From NCBI GenBank assembly GCA_038240295.1, contig JBBSDW010000001.1, positions 24,875 through 88,874 of the forward strand: DNA of 64,000 nt, in the 5' to 3' direction. Under the pieces are notes generated by a model. That model ran no database searches and was not told the DNA's origin. It saw only the letters and a program-made list of their open reading frames with translations. Position 1 is the first letter of the stretch; each line of letters starts with the position of its first letter. This DNA is from Candidatus Kapaibacterium sp. Its GTDB lineage: Bacteria; Bacteroidota; Ignavibacteria; Palsa-1295. Below are positions 1 to 10,931 of the stretch, piece after piece. Position numbers and translations under genes: made by a program.

Positions 1-46
1 GCGACAAACAGCGCTCCGAACATGATTCCCAATCGCCTCCGGATGT

Positions 47-286
47 TCATCGGTCGCCACTCTCTGAATAATGTTGTGGCGAGGTCCGCATTCTGCGAAC
101 ATTCGTATCGAGACGTTCGAGATGCGATTTGAGCATCTGGAGTAGATCGGGGCGCAGCGCTACCGAAATTTTGCGACCTGCGATTGGAAATTCCGAAAGT
201 CCGCGCGCGTACTTCCTAAGCGCATGTACGTTCATTCGCTCAAGTTCAAGCAGCGTCGGAATCGATTGATCGGGCAACTTCGGCAA
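47..286 (-). CDS. Small hypothetical ORF (79 aa) with no recognisable motifs; it may not be a real gene
   Basis: Only an ORF in the track; no motifs seen. Confidence 0.15.
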   Translation of the reverse strand: MPKLPDQSIPTLLELERMNVHALRKYARGLSEFPIAGRKISVALRPDLLQMLKSHLERLDTNVRRMRTSPQHYSESGDR

Positions 287-373
287 CCTCCAAGAGTGGC
301 AGCAACTATTGGGTGAACACCGAAGGCTGGAGGTTTCTCTCCCTTAGAATCGAAGTATTCGCAGGGTTCTGGA

Positions 374-2161
374 TTAAAAGCGCCAATAGAGCTTTCCGCT
401 CACATCGAGCAGTGCCGGCTCCTTGACACCGAGGCCGATCGCCTCTCCCACACTGAGCGATGCGCCGAAGCCCGTGCCCGAAGATCCAAAATCGGTGGCG
501 AAGCCAACCGCAGGTACGAGCAAGGTTGCCGAACGAAGATCGGTCGTATGTACCGGTGTCGACCAGATGCCATAATATCCAACGCTCAGGAGCGGCTCGA
601 TCGCACCGCCAAACGGCTTCGCAGGGATCCAGCTAAGTTGAAGACCGAGTGACTTTGGAGAGGTAAAAATCTGCGAGACGTTCGGCGCCTGTGTGTAACT
701 CAAATAGGGGATCGCAGACCAGTAGGCAAGTCCAAACGAAATATCGAAGGCAAGATCGGGGGTGCTCGATTCAACTCCAAGAAAGAGATTGGTCGCTGCA
801 CTCGGTCCCGATCCGAAGCCGACGCGAATATGCAGACCTGCTATGGAATTTCGCTGCGTCGCATTGACGAGGTCGAGCAGTGTCTGTTTTTCTTTTTTGG
901 TATCGTTCAGCGTTGCGTCGAGCCTCGTCGAGCGAACACGTTCTGCTTCGAGTGCAAAGGTTGTATTGCGAAGCAGCTCGGCCATGTTCGACTTCCGGCC
1001 GCCGATCTTGAGGGTGTCCTCGCCAATCTGCTGCGGGCTCTCGATGAGGACCGGTGAGCTCTTTGTAAAGCTGATCGTGTCGGCAAAAAGCTGGCGACCG
1101 CTTCCAATCTCGGATGCAATGATTCGCGCTTTGTATGGCCCGTTCGCGAATGAGCGCAGGCTCCACTCGGCTAAATACGAGGCGGGCTGCTTGACTGTGT
1201 CGAGGATCGTAAGCGGGTGCTCCGGATCGACGACGGAAAGCAATTGGATCCGAACATTGGAATTTGCGCCGACGGTATAAGGAATGGAAAGCTGCTGCGA
1301 AATCGGCGATATTGCTGGTTTCCCTACGGCATATTTCAGGCGATCGCTCGCTAAAAAGATGTGCTCGGTAAAGAAACGTGCAAAGTCTTCGTAAAAATCG
1401 AGGAACGTGCCGTCCTCAAGCTGCAGGATCCTGCCGCGACGTTCCGGAGGCGCATTCTCTAGTTCAAGCCGAACAGGCTCTTCGGCCTTCTGTGTAAATT
1501 CTTTGTCGAAGCGTTCGAGCTTCACTTCGGCGTCGCTCGTGTTCGATTGCATGGAACGTTCGATGATCACATAATACGTGATCGAATCGGGTGGTGAGCC
1601 TTTGTGCATCGGCAACGGGAGAATTCCAACATTCACCGTGTAGGAAGCAGCGTCGCTCTTGAGTGTCTTTGAAAGATTGCTTACGACGGGAAGTGCGAGG
1701 GGCGTCCTTGCAGACCCGAGAAAATACATGATCGGTTGATCGCCGGCCATCGAATCCGTCGTCCGCTTTCTGCCTTCGGGCGAGATCGACATATAGCGCG
1801 GCTCGAGATGAAAGCTTGCCTCGAAAAGAACATCCTCACCCGAAGAGCCGCTGGTTCGCACGTAGTTGGCTTCCATGTGGACGATCTCTGGGCGGAGTCC
1901 ATCCCCGTATTTCTTCAGTTCGGCGTTGAGCCTGTTATGCATGAGATCGTCGATCGACTCTCCTTGTGATCTATCATCGACGATCGGCACAAAACCGACT
2001 GGTTTCGGTTCGACTTCCACCTTATGCTGGCCCAGCCGCGGGTCGGCTTTTGACATCACCGTGCACATCAGGCATAGCCCTACGATCATCACACCCACAG
2101 TGCGATGAGGACTAAATCGTACAAGCTTGAACGAGCGGAACATCTTACGAGTATGGTTCAA
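374..2161 (-). CDS. Secreted protein with a C-terminal outer-membrane beta-barrel-like domain; last gene of an ECF sigma/anti-sigma operon
   Basis: N-terminal hydrophobic signal-like segment (VGVMIVGLCLMCTVMS). The C-terminal ~170 aa have alternating hydrophobic residues, are Gly/Ser/aromatic-rich and end in YWRF, an aromatic C-terminus typical of OM beta-barrels. Lies 4 bp downstream of the anti-sigma gene on the same strand. Confidence 0.5.
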   Translation of the reverse strand: MNHTRKMFRSFKLVRFSPHRTVGVMIVGLCLMCTVMSKADPRLGQHKVEVEPKPVGFVPIVDDRSQGESIDDLMHNRLNAELKKYGDGLRPEIVHMEANYVRTSGSSGEDVLFEASFHLEPRYMSISPEGRKRTTDSMAGDQPIMYFLGSARTPLALPVVSNLSKTLKSDAASYTVNVGILPLPMHKGSPPDSITYYVIIERSMQSNTSDAEVKLERFDKEFTQKAEEPVRLELENAPPERRGRILQLEDGTFLDFYEDFARFFTEHIFLASDRLKYAVGKPAISPISQQLSIPYTVGANSNVRIQLLSVVDPEHPLTILDTVKQPASYLAEWSLRSFANGPYKARIIASEIGSGRQLFADTISFTKSSPVLIESPQQIGEDTLKIGGRKSNMAELLRNTTFALEAERVRSTRLDATLNDTKKEKQTLLDLVNATQRNSIAGLHIRVGFGSGPSAATNLFLGVESSTPDLAFDISFGLAYWSAIPYLSYTQAPNVSQIFTSPKSLGLQLSWIPAKPFGGAIEPLLSVGYYGIWSTPVHTTDLRSATLLVPAVGFATDFGSSGTGFGASLSVGEAIGLGVKEPALLDVSGKLYWRF

Positions 2162-2164
2162 AGC

Positions 2165-2950
2165 TTAAAGCCGGTCCTGCTGTGTGACATTGATCGACCG
2201 CGTATTTCGAATAAGCTTGGCAAAACGGTGCGAAGCCATTACGTCCTTCGGATCGTCTTCCGTCTTCGTTGCAGTCTGCGGAGCGGCTACGCTATTCTGA
2301 GCAACTTCACCGGCATGCGAGGGTGCCTGAGTGGTGGCTTGAGGAGCAACAATATATTCCTTGACGATCTTGATGCGCTCGGCAGGCTGGGCCTGCGCTG
2401 GAGCATTTTGTGCTTGCGGCGCCGGAATCGCGGCCGCTGAGTTGGCTTGATTTGCCGCAACGTCATTGGTTGTAGCACTCTTCTGCATACCGTTATGCGC
2501 AACAACTACTTGATTTTGCTGATCTGCAGAGTGCGTAAGATACCAGGTAGAACCAATGGCAAGCAGGAGGAGCAGCAATGCCGGAGACAGACGTTTCGTC
2601 CATGTTTTCATGCGACGATCGGTTGCAACAGTCGCGACGATCACGTGATCTTCGCTACGCGGCTGGATTACCGGCGCCGCTTCTAATTGCGGAACGCTCG
2701 TCAGCATCGACTGCAACCTGGCACGCGTTCGCTGATCGACAGAAGCGGAAAGTTGGAACCGAGCATCCGATTCCGAAGCGTGAATGGCACCTCGAACGAC
2801 GAGATACTCACGAAGGATCTTGCGTGCATCTGCGTGCGTAGCAAGACGTTCGAAGAGTTCGACTTCAAGCTCTTTACGCATCAATTCACCATCGAGGTAA
2901 CTGACGATCAGTTCTTCGGTTGTTGAATGCGCCTGTTGCGATGTATTCAT
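2165..2950 (-). CDS. Anti-sigma factor, single-pass membrane protein
   Basis: N-terminal EELIVSYLDGEL..ELE helix typical of the anti-sigma N-domain. TM segment LSPALLLLLLAIGSTWYL. Immediately downstream of the ECF sigma gene. Confidence 0.6.
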   Translation of the reverse strand: MNTSQQAHSTTEELIVSYLDGELMRKELEVELFERLATHADARKILREYLVVRGAIHASESDARFQLSASVDQRTRARLQSMLTSVPQLEAAPVIQPRSEDHVIVATVATDRRMKTWTKRLSPALLLLLLAIGSTWYLTHSADQQNQVVVAHNGMQKSATTNDVAANQANSAAAIPAPQAQNAPAQAQPAERIKIVKEYIVAPQATTQAPSHAGEVAQNSVAAPQTATKTEDDPKDVMASHRFAKLIRNTRSINVTQQDRL

Positions 2951-2964
2951 ATATCTGATTCTGT

Positions 2965-3786
2965 TCAGGGCTCGGGGACATCGGGTACTAACCCGTATGC
3001 CTCGTCGCCAATGATCGGCAGGAGCACCTTTCGGAGTCTTGCCTTCGCTCTAAAAATTCTAATACGGATTGTCGAAAGAGATGTTCCGGTCATCTTCCCG
3101 ATCTCATCGTATGTCATGCCTTCATAGTCGCTGAGAAGCAATGCCTCTCGGTATGTCTCGGGCAGCGATGCGATTGCTTTCAGCAGCAGATCGGTCTGCT
3201 CTTTCTTCGACATTCGCTCGAGCGGATCGTCGATCACTGAGAATGCACTCCGGACATCTGCTCGAACGTCTTCATCAAAATTTTCTGCGTCCCCGACTCG
3301 TTCGGTCCGCATGACGTGCTGCACAAACTTTCGCTTGGAGATCAAGCAGGTATGTCTGGTCACCGTAAAGATCCAGGCTCTGAAATCGCCGCCAACGAAC
3401 GTATGCTGATACTGCGTCACCCGCAGAAATACTTCCTGAAACGTGTCGTCGACGTGAGCAGCGTCCATTCCCGCAGAGTAGAGCGCACGGGCGCAATACG
3501 CGTAGATATTGCTCTTATACCGATCGTACATTTTGAGGAACGCCGACTGACTCCCCTGCTGGAACAATCTGAAGAGCGCCTCGTCGCTATCCGGATTTTC
3601 AATGAACTGACCTTCGTGCGAAGGATTTTCGGATTCCTGAGCGCCCGTTTGCACCCTCCGAGAGTATTGCTTTCGCGATGCCTCGTTTCTGGCATCGTTC
3701 AGCAACGGATCGGACGACGCAGCGCCGAAGCCCTGGGTCTCCTGATCGTTCTCCGAATGATCGTGCGTTTCGCTTGAAACCGACAT
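2965..3786 (-). CDS. RNA polymerase ECF-type sigma-70 factor with a ~90 aa acidic N-terminal extension
   Basis: Region 2 (DTFQEVFLRV..FRAWIFTVTRHTCLISKRK) and region 4 HTH (LPETYREALLLSDYEGMTYDEIGKMTGTSLSTIRIRIFRAKARLRK). Confidence 0.85.
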   Translation of the reverse strand: MSVSSETHDHSENDQETQGFGAASSDPLLNDARNEASRKQYSRRVQTGAQESENPSHEGQFIENPDSDEALFRLFQQGSQSAFLKMYDRYKSNIYAYCARALYSAGMDAAHVDDTFQEVFLRVTQYQHTFVGGDFRAWIFTVTRHTCLISKRKFVQHVMRTERVGDAENFDEDVRADVRSAFSVIDDPLERMSKKEQTDLLLKAIASLPETYREALLLSDYEGMTYDEIGKMTGTSLSTIRIRIFRAKARLRKVLLPIIGDEAYGLVPDVPEP

Positions 3787-4525
3787 TGCTGAAGAAAAGA
3801 GAGCGTTCGCGCCCCCGTGTTAGCGATCGCGGCTGGCGATCAGATCCGATAGTTCTAGCAACGATGCGCTGCGCTAATCGAGCGCTCAGCATCGTTGCCC
3901 GCGGTTTTCCGCAATCCCATCTTTAGGCCGCGCCTCTTATGCAGCAATAGCCGGGGCTCAATCTCGCCCGAACCACACTACCCAATAAGTCACGTCAAGG
4001 AAAAGAATTACACCTCGAGCGGGAAATATCTCAGCTTTATCGAGGTCTCTGACAAGGAAGTTAAATACGGTGCCGTTCCCATGACGCGTTGAAGCTCGTA
4101 CAGAATGAAGAAAAGGCTGTCTCGTTTCTAACCAGTTTCCCCAAGAAGTCGAAATATTTCGTCGAAACGACCAAAATCCTGCCTACGTAACACACCACGT
4201 GGGGATTAGTGGGCGATGAAATAGTAAAAGTGTGCAAAAATAGGATGCAGGAGAGCAAAATTAGACAAAATAATTGCCGTTTTTGGAAATAAAGTGACAC
4301 TTCGTTTGTAATTCGTTTAAGATTGTACTAAGTTTGTACGTATGCGGAGGGAATAACTACACCTTTACTTCAATGCGGTTCTGTAGTCGTTCTCTTAATT
4401 TAATGATTGGGGTCGTGATCGTTCTCCAAAAACGGTTATGACGACTCCTGACAAAGCGCCTCTGGGAAAGGTGGGTTGCCAGGTTTGCCAATGATGTGTT
4501 TACATGCTGCTCTTAATGCGATGCT

Positions 4526-6109
4526 ATGCTAACGGTAACCAAACCATATGTTGCCTCGAAAGGCAATTCCGAAATCGGCCACCTGAGCCGGTCACTTAAT
4601 GCTATGTCCGAGATGAATCCATCGGGTCCTGAGCTTCCGACTACCTTCTATCCGATGGAAGATGGCCCAGACGCACCGATTCTTATTGTGGATGATGAGC
4701 CCTTCGTTGCGGATCTCATCCACCACTGGGTACAAAATGTCTGGGATTATCCTGCAATTGTTGCTCATACAGGGGAAGAAGCGATCATCCAGATGCGCGA
4801 GCGGAATCCACGTCTTGTATTGCTCGACATCAACTTGCCCGACATCAACGGCATCGATGTACTTCGCGCGATCAAGAGTGCGAACGCGCATCTGCCGGTT
4901 GTAATGATCAGCGCGCAGGAGAGTGTCGCCACGGCGGTCGAAGCGCTCAAGGCGGGGGCCTATGACTATCTGACCAAACCGATCGATACCGAGCGGCTGC
5001 AGATCATCATTCGAAACGCTGTCACAGCCTACAGCTACCAACAGAAATTAAAGAACCTGCAAGCCGAGCTCAACAATCGCTACGACTTCAGCAATATCGT
5101 CTCGGCCGATCCCTTGATGCATGATCTCTTCAAGCTCATGCGAAAGGCGGTCAATAGCGATATCACGGTTTGCATTCTCGGTGAATCGGGAACGGGCAAA
5201 GAGCTCGTCGCCCGCGCTCTGCACGCAAACGGATCGAGAAAAGACAAAGCATTCCAGGTGGTTAATTGTGCTGCCATTCCTCACGAGCTGCTCGAATCCG
5301 AACTCTTCGGACATGAGCGTGGAAGCTTCACCGGTGCGATCGGCAGAAAGATCGGCAAGTTCGAGGCAGCACATGGCGGGACGCTCTTCCTCGATGAAAT
5401 TGGCGATATGGAGCTCACGCTTCAGGTAAAACTCTTACGCGCCATTCAGCAGCGAGAGTTCGAACGAGTGGGCGGCACTGAAACCGTTCGCGTCGATGTC
5501 CGAATCGTCTGTGCAACGAACGCCGAGCTTCGCGAGCTTATCCAGCAGCGCAAATTCCGCGAAGACCTTTATTATCGAATCTCTACTTTCCCGATCTTGC
5601 TTCCACCGCTTCGCGATCGCAAAGGCGATGTGTTGTTGCTCGCCGAGACATTCCTTCGCCGCTTCAGCGAGCGGCAGGGACGGGAGATCACGAAGATCCA
5701 TCCGCTTGCGATACAGGCGATGATGGCTTATAACTGGCCCGGAAATATTCGTGAACTCGAAAGCACGATCGAACGCGCGGTGCTTATCTGCGACAAAGAT
5801 GAAGTGCTCTTAAGCGATCTGCCGATCCCAATTCGGGAATGTGCGGAGGTCAATTCGCAAGCAGCGCCGATGTACGAACTTGAGGATTACTTCGATGCCG
5901 AGCAGAACCGCGTCGTGCTTCCGCTCGAACAGTTGAAGCAGCTCGCGATCAAGCATGCACTCGATGCCTGCGACGGAAATATTTCCGAGGCATCGGTCAA
6001 GCTCGACATCTCCAGATCGACGATGTACCGATTGCTCGAGATCTACAACATACGCACCGAGAATGGCGTCGCTCACGCATCGCATTCGGCAGCAGTTGCG
6101 GTCGGTTAA
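4526..6109 (+). CDS. Sigma-54-dependent response regulator (NtrC family): receiver + AAA+ sigma-54 activator + Fis-type HTH
   Basis: Receiver domain (ILIVDDEP...[15 protein letters not shown]...KPID). Walker [24 protein letters not shown] (GAFTGA-like), C-terminal HTH. The true start may be the internal MSEMNPS. Confidence 0.9.
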   Translation: MLTVTKPYVASKGNSEIGHLSRSLNAMSEMNPSGPELPTTFYPMEDGPDAPILIVDDEPFVADLIHHWVQNVWDYPAIVAHTGEEAIIQMRERNPRLVLLDINLPDINGIDVLRAIKSANAHLPVVMISAQESVATAVEALKAGAYDYLTKPIDTERLQIIIRNAVTAYSYQQKLKNLQAELNNRYDFSNIVSADPLMHDLFKLMRKAVNSDITVCILGESGTGKELVARALHANGSRKDKAFQVVNCAAIPHELLESELFGHERGSFTGAIGRKIGKFEAAHGGTLFLDEIGDMELTLQVKLLRAIQQREFERVGGTETVRVDVRIVCATNAELRELIQQRKFREDLYYRISTFPILLPPLRDRKGDVLLLAETFLRRFSERQGREITKIHPLAIQAMMAYNWPGNIRELESTIERAVLICDKDEVLLSDLPIPIRECAEVNSQAAPMYELEDYFDAEQNRVVLPLEQLKQLAIKHALDACDGNISEASVKLDISRSTMYRLLEIYNIRTENGVAHASHSAAVAVG

Positions 6110-6133
6110 GATAACGAAATCGAATTAAAAAAA

Positions 6134-6163
6134 CGGAAGGCTCGATCGCCTTCCGTTTTTTTT
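6134..6163. terminator. Bidirectional rho-independent terminator between convergent genes
   Basis: Perfect hairpin cggaaggc-tcgat-cgccttccg, flanked by an A-run upstream and a T-run downstream. Confidence 0.7.
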
Positions 6164-6199
6164 GCCTTCCACTTTTTTGATCGTAAAACGAGAGCGTCG

Positions 6200-8125
6200 T
6201 TACTTGACAAGCATCATCTGCTCGGAGTGCACACCCGAATCGGTCTGGATCCGGCATGTATAGGAACCGCTCGAAAGCGCGCTTGCATCGAAGCGAACCT
6301 GGTGAGCACCTTCCGTTCGCAGCCCGTTCTCGAGTGTCTCGACTAAGCTTCCCATCATGTCATAGACCGCGAGCGTTACATGTGTGGGATGCGAAAGCGT
6401 ATAGCTAATTGTGGTGGATGGATTGAAGGGATTCGGATAATTCTGTTGTAAGCTGAAGCTCTCTGGCAGTGCTTGAGCCACTGCGGCAGTCTTCGGATCC
6501 CAGCTGAATCGGAATGCGCGATAACTGCTGTTCGGAGTCTGGATCGTTAGTTCATATGCGATCGAACCATCGGGATGTACTTCTGTGAGCAGAGGCGCAC
6601 TCGTCGCCAGTCCCCAGCTTACGAGTGTGTTGCCGTTCGGAAGGCGCTCGACATTACCCATCGCTGCCGTTTGGATTTCTGGAGTGTGATGATACTGCCA
6701 AACAAGATCGCAGGTTTTTGCCTGCTCATCAACGCGGTATTCGAGGGCCCGCGAATTCGGGACTGGATGGTAATTGCCATTGTCGAAGATGGTGATCGTA
6801 CCGGCGGGAGTTCTGCGTACGGCATGTTGATGCGAGAATCCGAGCGTGTCGTTCAGGAATTTAAACTGATTATGCTGGCCGCCCATGCGCCAGATCATTG
6901 CGCCGGTTTCGCGATCGATCTTCGTGATTTCATCCAGATGCCGCGAAGAAAGGATCAAGTTACCATCGGTATCCTGCATGATCGAGTTTGCATGGACGTA
7001 ATCGAGATACTTGAGCGTGAAATTTTCGTGTACCGCATCCTCAAAATTAAAGTTATCGAAACTGCTCCACTGAAAGACAACATCCTTGCTTTTATCGATC
7101 TCCTGGATGACAGCTCCGATGACCTGCGCTTGCGGATTTCCACCTTTGACAAAACTGCTCAGGTCGCGTTGCTCGGTATCGCAGGCAATTAGCAATGCGT
7201 GACCATTCGGCATCAGCCAGCAATCGTGCAGGTCCGTAACAAGACCGGCACCGCACATGAAGCTATCGACAACGGCATAGTTGCTGTCAAGGCCATAGAA
7301 CAAGTGCCGCCCTTCGTCGTAATAGGTCATCAATCCTGTCGGCTGAACCTTAAAATCGACGGCGTTATTCTGCAAGCGCTTGTACCAGAACGGTGTCGCG
7401 TCGTTGTTTAGAATCATGAGATAAGGCGTAACCGTCGATTTATAGTAGGTCGCTTCAAAACTTGCGACAAAGATTCGTCCCGCCGAGGTTGTTGCGCCCT
7501 GAGTTGCCTCCAACACTGGGAAATCGGAAGGGAGCGAAGCTGCAGATATTTTACCACCCCCGCCCTGTTCAGGACTCAACGCATATACCGGGTCGCTTCC
7601 GGGCTGATCTGCGGCGCCTCCTCCTTCGGATATGATCAGCTTTTTGCGGCTGATCGTAAAACTCCATGCAAAGCCTCCAAGCGATTGTCCATGAATGGTC
7701 TTAAGACCCGCTGAGACCCTGACCAATACCCGTTCGCCGCCTGCAAAGACTGTGGTACTCTTGACGATGATAGTCCGGCCATCGTCCGAAAGCCTTGCCG
7801 AAACTGCATGAAATTTAGAGATCGATCCTGTCACCGTAAACATATCTGGATCGACACTTACGGCACTAAGCGAATCGCCGGGCTTGATAATGATGCTCGT
7901 TTGAGGCGAGACGAAGATCGAGCCATTTCGAGGATGCACATACTTTGGCGACAACGGGCTCGCCGCGTGAGACGAGAATGGGGCAAGACAAAAACATGCG
8001 ATCGCGACGATCGCAGAAACCATGCGAAAAGAAGGATTCATGACAGAGCGAGAATTAGAAAAACAACCGAGAGCAGAAAGAGGGGGTAACCCTCCCATGT
8101 TAGAGACACTGAATCGGAGGCCCAT
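6200..8125 (-). CDS. Arylsulfotransferase (ASST)-like beta-propeller protein with a T9SS C-terminal sorting domain
   Basis: Motifs HDCWLMPNGHALL and SSRHLDEITKIDRETGAMIWRMGG resemble the ASST family. C-terminus LQQNYPNPFNPSTTISY...VYDMMGSLV is a type-A T9SS C-terminal domain. Signal peptide MNPSFRMVSAIVAIACFCLAPFSSHAAS suggests the true start is near 8041. Confidence 0.6.
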   Translation of the reverse strand: MGLRFSVSNMGGLPPLSALGCFSNSRSVMNPSFRMVSAIVAIACFCLAPFSSHAASPLSPKYVHPRNGSIFVSPQTSIIIKPGDSLSAVSVDPDMFTVTGSISKFHAVSARLSDDGRTIIVKSTTVFAGGERVLVRVSAGLKTIHGQSLGGFAWSFTISRKKLIISEGGGAADQPGSDPVYALSPEQGGGGKISAASLPSDFPVLEATQGATTSAGRIFVASFEATYYKSTVTPYLMILNNDATPFWYKRLQNNAVDFKVQPTGLMTYYDEGRHLFYGLDSNYAVVDSFMCGAGLVTDLHDCWLMPNGHALLIACDTEQRDLSSFVKGGNPQAQVIGAVIQEIDKSKDVVFQWSSFDNFNFEDAVHENFTLKYLDYVHANSIMQDTDGNLILSSRHLDEITKIDRETGAMIWRMGGQHNQFKFLNDTLGFSHQHAVRRTPAGTITIFDNGNYHPVPNSRALEYRVDEQAKTCDLVWQYHHTPEIQTAAMGNVERLPNGNTLVSWGLATSAPLLTEVHPDGSIAYELTIQTPNSSYRAFRFSWDPKTAAVAQALPESFSLQQNYPNPFNPSTTISYTLSHPTHVTLAVYDMMGSLVETLENGLRTEGAHQVRFDASALSSGSYTCRIQTDSGVHSEQMMLVK

Positions 8126-8169
8126 GTGACACAGACACCGCTTTTTCTTCTGTTCCGAGATTAAAATTG

Positions 8170-8469
8170 TTATGGGTGCGGATGCGTGATCCAGCCCCTT
8201 GTGTAGTAGTCGGCAAACGTGAAACTGACCATGATGAAGAACCAGAAGACACCGGCGAAAATGATAAGTTTTGTCAGCCTTGAAGAGTATTTTACGTGCA
8301 TGAAAAAGAGCACGACGAGACTCGCCTTCACAAGTGCGATCGCGAGAGCTACGACGATGTTAAATGGTCCAAGGTCCTGAAACGCGATGAACGTCGTAAG
8401 CGCAGTCAGACAGAGCAGCGCTCCGAAGACGCTGAAATAAATTTTGCGCGAAACGATGTGCTCTGACAT
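8170..8469 (-). CDS. ctaF: Cytochrome c oxidase subunit IV (caa3-type, CtaF-like)
   Basis: 99 aa with three TM helices. Last gene of the oxidase operon. Confidence 0.65.
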   Translation of the reverse strand: MSEHIVSRKIYFSVFGALLCLTALTTFIAFQDLGPFNIVVALAIALVKASLVVLFFMHVKYSSRLTKLIIFAGVFWFFIMVSFTFADYYTRGWITHPHP

Positions 8470-8478
8470 AGTTGCTTT

Positions 8479-9162
8479 TTAGTGGATCGGTGGTAAGTGA
8501 CGATCGATCAGGTAGAGCAATGGAAACAGGAATATCCAAATCACGTCGACAAAGTGCCAGTACAATCCCACAAGTTCGACTGGCGCGTGATACTCGGGGG
8601 AGAATCTTCCCTTCGCTGCCTTCACGAGTATCCATGTCATGAGGCCAAGCCCGATGATCATGTGTATCGCATGGATCCCGGTCATCACAAAATAGAAGTA
8701 AACGAACATCTCAACCTTGCCGGCGAAGGGTCCGTGATACTGAAAATCGAGGCCAGGGATCAGGTGCTCATCCCATTTATGGATGTACTCGGTGAACTTG
8801 ATGCCCAGGAAGGTCATGCCCAGCAGCATCGTCAAGGCGACAAAAATGATGATGAGCTTTTTATCCTTGCGTGCCTGGGCCGACCACACTGCGAGCGCCA
8901 TTGTAAGCGACGAGCAGATGAGGACGCCAGTATTGATCGTGCCGAGTTCCACGTTCAGGAATCCGCTGCCGATCGCGAACGCCTCCGGATTCATCGAGCG
9001 ATAGAGACTATAGGCCATAAAGAGCACACCGAAGAACATGATCTCGGTTACGAGAAATGTCCACATCCCAAGCGAACCCGCCTCGCGCTGTTGCTCGAGG
9101 TCTTCGAAGTGATGGGCCAATGCGGCGTGCGCGCCTTTTTTATGTGTTGCTTCTGTTGACAA
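8479..9162 (-). CDS. ctaE: Cytochrome c oxidase subunit III
   Basis: 227 aa polytopic protein ([16 protein letters not shown]...[11 protein letters not shown]) typical of subunit III. Confidence 0.85.
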   Translation of the reverse strand: MSTEATHKKGAHAALAHHFEDLEQQREAGSLGMWTFLVTEIMFFGVLFMAYSLYRSMNPEAFAIGSGFLNVELGTINTGVLICSSLTMALAVWSAQARKDKKLIIIFVALTMLLGMTFLGIKFTEYIHKWDEHLIPGLDFQYHGPFAGKVEMFVYFYFVMTGIHAIHMIIGLGLMTWILVKAAKGRFSPEYHAPVELVGLYWHFVDVIWIFLFPLLYLIDRHLPPIH

Positions 9163-9234
9163 TGTCGATTACCGATGTGGGGTACGCTTTAGCTTGCCCC
9201 AATCAATCTTTCAAATAGCTGTTCTGTAAATCCA

Positions 9235-10902
9235 CTACCCGGCTCGATCATCCACCGAAACTTTCCCAATGATCTCAAGCTCTTCACGCGGCGCAAATTC
9301 GTATGCTTCCCACGTGACGTGCGGAGTCTCAAGAAAATTCTCAACCGGCGGCGGCGAGCTTGTGCGCCACTCCAACCCTGCAGCCCCCCACGGATTTGGC
9401 GGAGCGATCTTTCCGTATCGCATCGACCAGATCAAGTAGACCATCGGGATAAGTACGCCAATTCCCAGGATCGATGCACCGGCAGTGCTCAGCACGTGCA
9501 GCACCTGAAACTCAGGCGGATACATGTGATAGCGCCGCGGCATTCCAAGATAGCCGAGCAAAAATTGAGGAAAGAATGTCAGGTTGAACCCAACAAAGAT
9601 GATCAATGCTGCGATCTTCGCCCACAGCTCAGGATAGAGTCTGCCGGTAATCTTTGGCCACCAAAAATGCAACCCGCCAAGATAGGCCATGAGCGTTACT
9701 CCCACCATCACGTAATGGAAATGCGCGACGATGAAATAGGTATCGGTCACATGTACATCGACGCCAAGCGCAGCAACGAATAGTCCTGTCATGCCGCCAA
9801 TCATGAACAGTCCGATGAAGGCGATGGCATAGAGCATCGGAGTCTGCCAGGAGATCGAGCCTTTATAGAGCGTTGCCGTCCAGTTAAACACTTTGACCGC
9901 AGATGGGATCGCGACCGCATAGCTGAGGAAGCTAAAGATCATACCGGCATACACCGATTGACCGGATACAAACATGTGATGTCCCCAGACCAAAAATCCG
10001 AAGACAGCTATAGCAATCGAAGAGAACGCTACGAACTTATAGCCAAAAATATTTTTCTTCGACATGTTCGCGATCAACTCTGAGATCACGCCCATCCCTG
10101 GCAGCACCATGATGTAAACTGCTGGGTGCGAATAGAACCAGAACAGATGCTGGAAGAGTACCGGATCACCGCCAAGCGCGGGATCGAAAATCCCGACATG
10201 GAATGTCCGCTCGATCGCAAGCAAGGCCACGGTGATCGCGAGCACGGGTGTGCCCAGGATGAAAATGATGCTCGTAGCATAGAGTGACCAGATAAAAAGT
10301 GGCAGTCGAAACCACGTCATACCAGGTGCGCGCATCGTGTGGATCGTCACGATGAAGTTGAGTCCCGTCAGGATCGAGCTAAAGCCGGTGATGAAAATGC
10401 CCAGGCCAGCCGCAGTGACGTAGGTGTTTGAGAATGTCGTGCTGTACGGGGTGTAGAAGGTCCATCCCGTGTCGACGCCTCCAGATAGAATTGCGTAGAG
10501 CGTGAAGAGCGCTCCAAGAATATAAATGTACCAGCTCGCAAGATTGAGTCTTGGAAAGGCAAGATCCTTCGCGCCGATCATGATCGGGATCAGGAAATTT
10601 CCGAGCACGGCCGGAATGCCGGGAATCAAAAAGAAGAAGACCATCACGATGCCGTGCATCGTGAACAGCTTGTTATAATTATCGGCCGAGAATAGATCGC
10701 CAGCCGGCGTAAGCAGGTTTAAGCGAATGAGCAGCGCAAAGACGCCTCCAAGGAGGAAGAAAAAACTTACCGATGCAAGATACAGAAGCGCGATTCGTTT
10801 ATGATCCCTCGTCAGCAGCCACGACTTTACGCCATAGCTGTGATTGAGATAATTCGTTCGAACGCGCTCCCGGTGATCGGTTGGCGGTGATGCAATACTC
10901 AT
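9235..10902 (-). CDS. ctaD: Cytochrome c oxidase subunit I (haem-copper oxidase catalytic subunit)
   Basis: WFFGHPEVY-like segment ([17 protein letters not shown]), GHHMF, and conserved His ligands across ~12 TM helices. Confidence 0.95.
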   Translation of the reverse strand: MSIASPPTDHRERVRTNYLNHSYGVKSWLLTRDHKRIALLYLASVSFFFLLGGVFALLIRLNLLTPAGDLFSADNYNKLFTMHGIVMVFFFLIPGIPAVLGNFLIPIMIGAKDLAFPRLNLASWYIYILGALFTLYAILSGGVDTGWTFYTPYSTTFSNTYVTAAGLGIFITGFSSILTGLNFIVTIHTMRAPGMTWFRLPLFIWSLYATSIIFILGTPVLAITVALLAIERTFHVGIFDPALGGDPVLFQHLFWFYSHPAVYIMVLPGMGVISELIANMSKKNIFGYKFVAFSSIAIAVFGFLVWGHHMFVSGQSVYAGMIFSFLSYAVAIPSAVKVFNWTATLYKGSISWQTPMLYAIAFIGLFMIGGMTGLFVAALGVDVHVTDTYFIVAHFHYVMVGVTLMAYLGGLHFWWPKITGRLYPELWAKIAALIIFVGFNLTFFPQFLLGYLGMPRRYHMYPPEFQVLHVLSTAGASILGIGVLIPMVYLIWSMRYGKIAPPNPWGAAGLEWRTSSPPPVENFLETPHVTWEAYEFAPREELEIIGKVSVDDRAG

Positions 10903-10931
10903 ACGTAGTTCAAAATCTTTCGCATGTGCTT

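Noticed and set aside
762-1280. 172-aa plus-strand ORF, and many similar ones (e.g. 8497-9159, 16053-16733, 19694-20197, 56088-57170, 53741-54319)
   Set aside because: These are antisense to well-supported genes, lack motifs and are typical of GC-rich DNA. They are spurious.
3787-4525. AT-rich 740-bp gap with small ORFs (3895-4092, 4061-4300)
   Set aside because: The ORFs have low-complexity, atypical composition. The region is more likely a promoter/regulatory region for the divergent sigma operon and the sigma-54 regulator.
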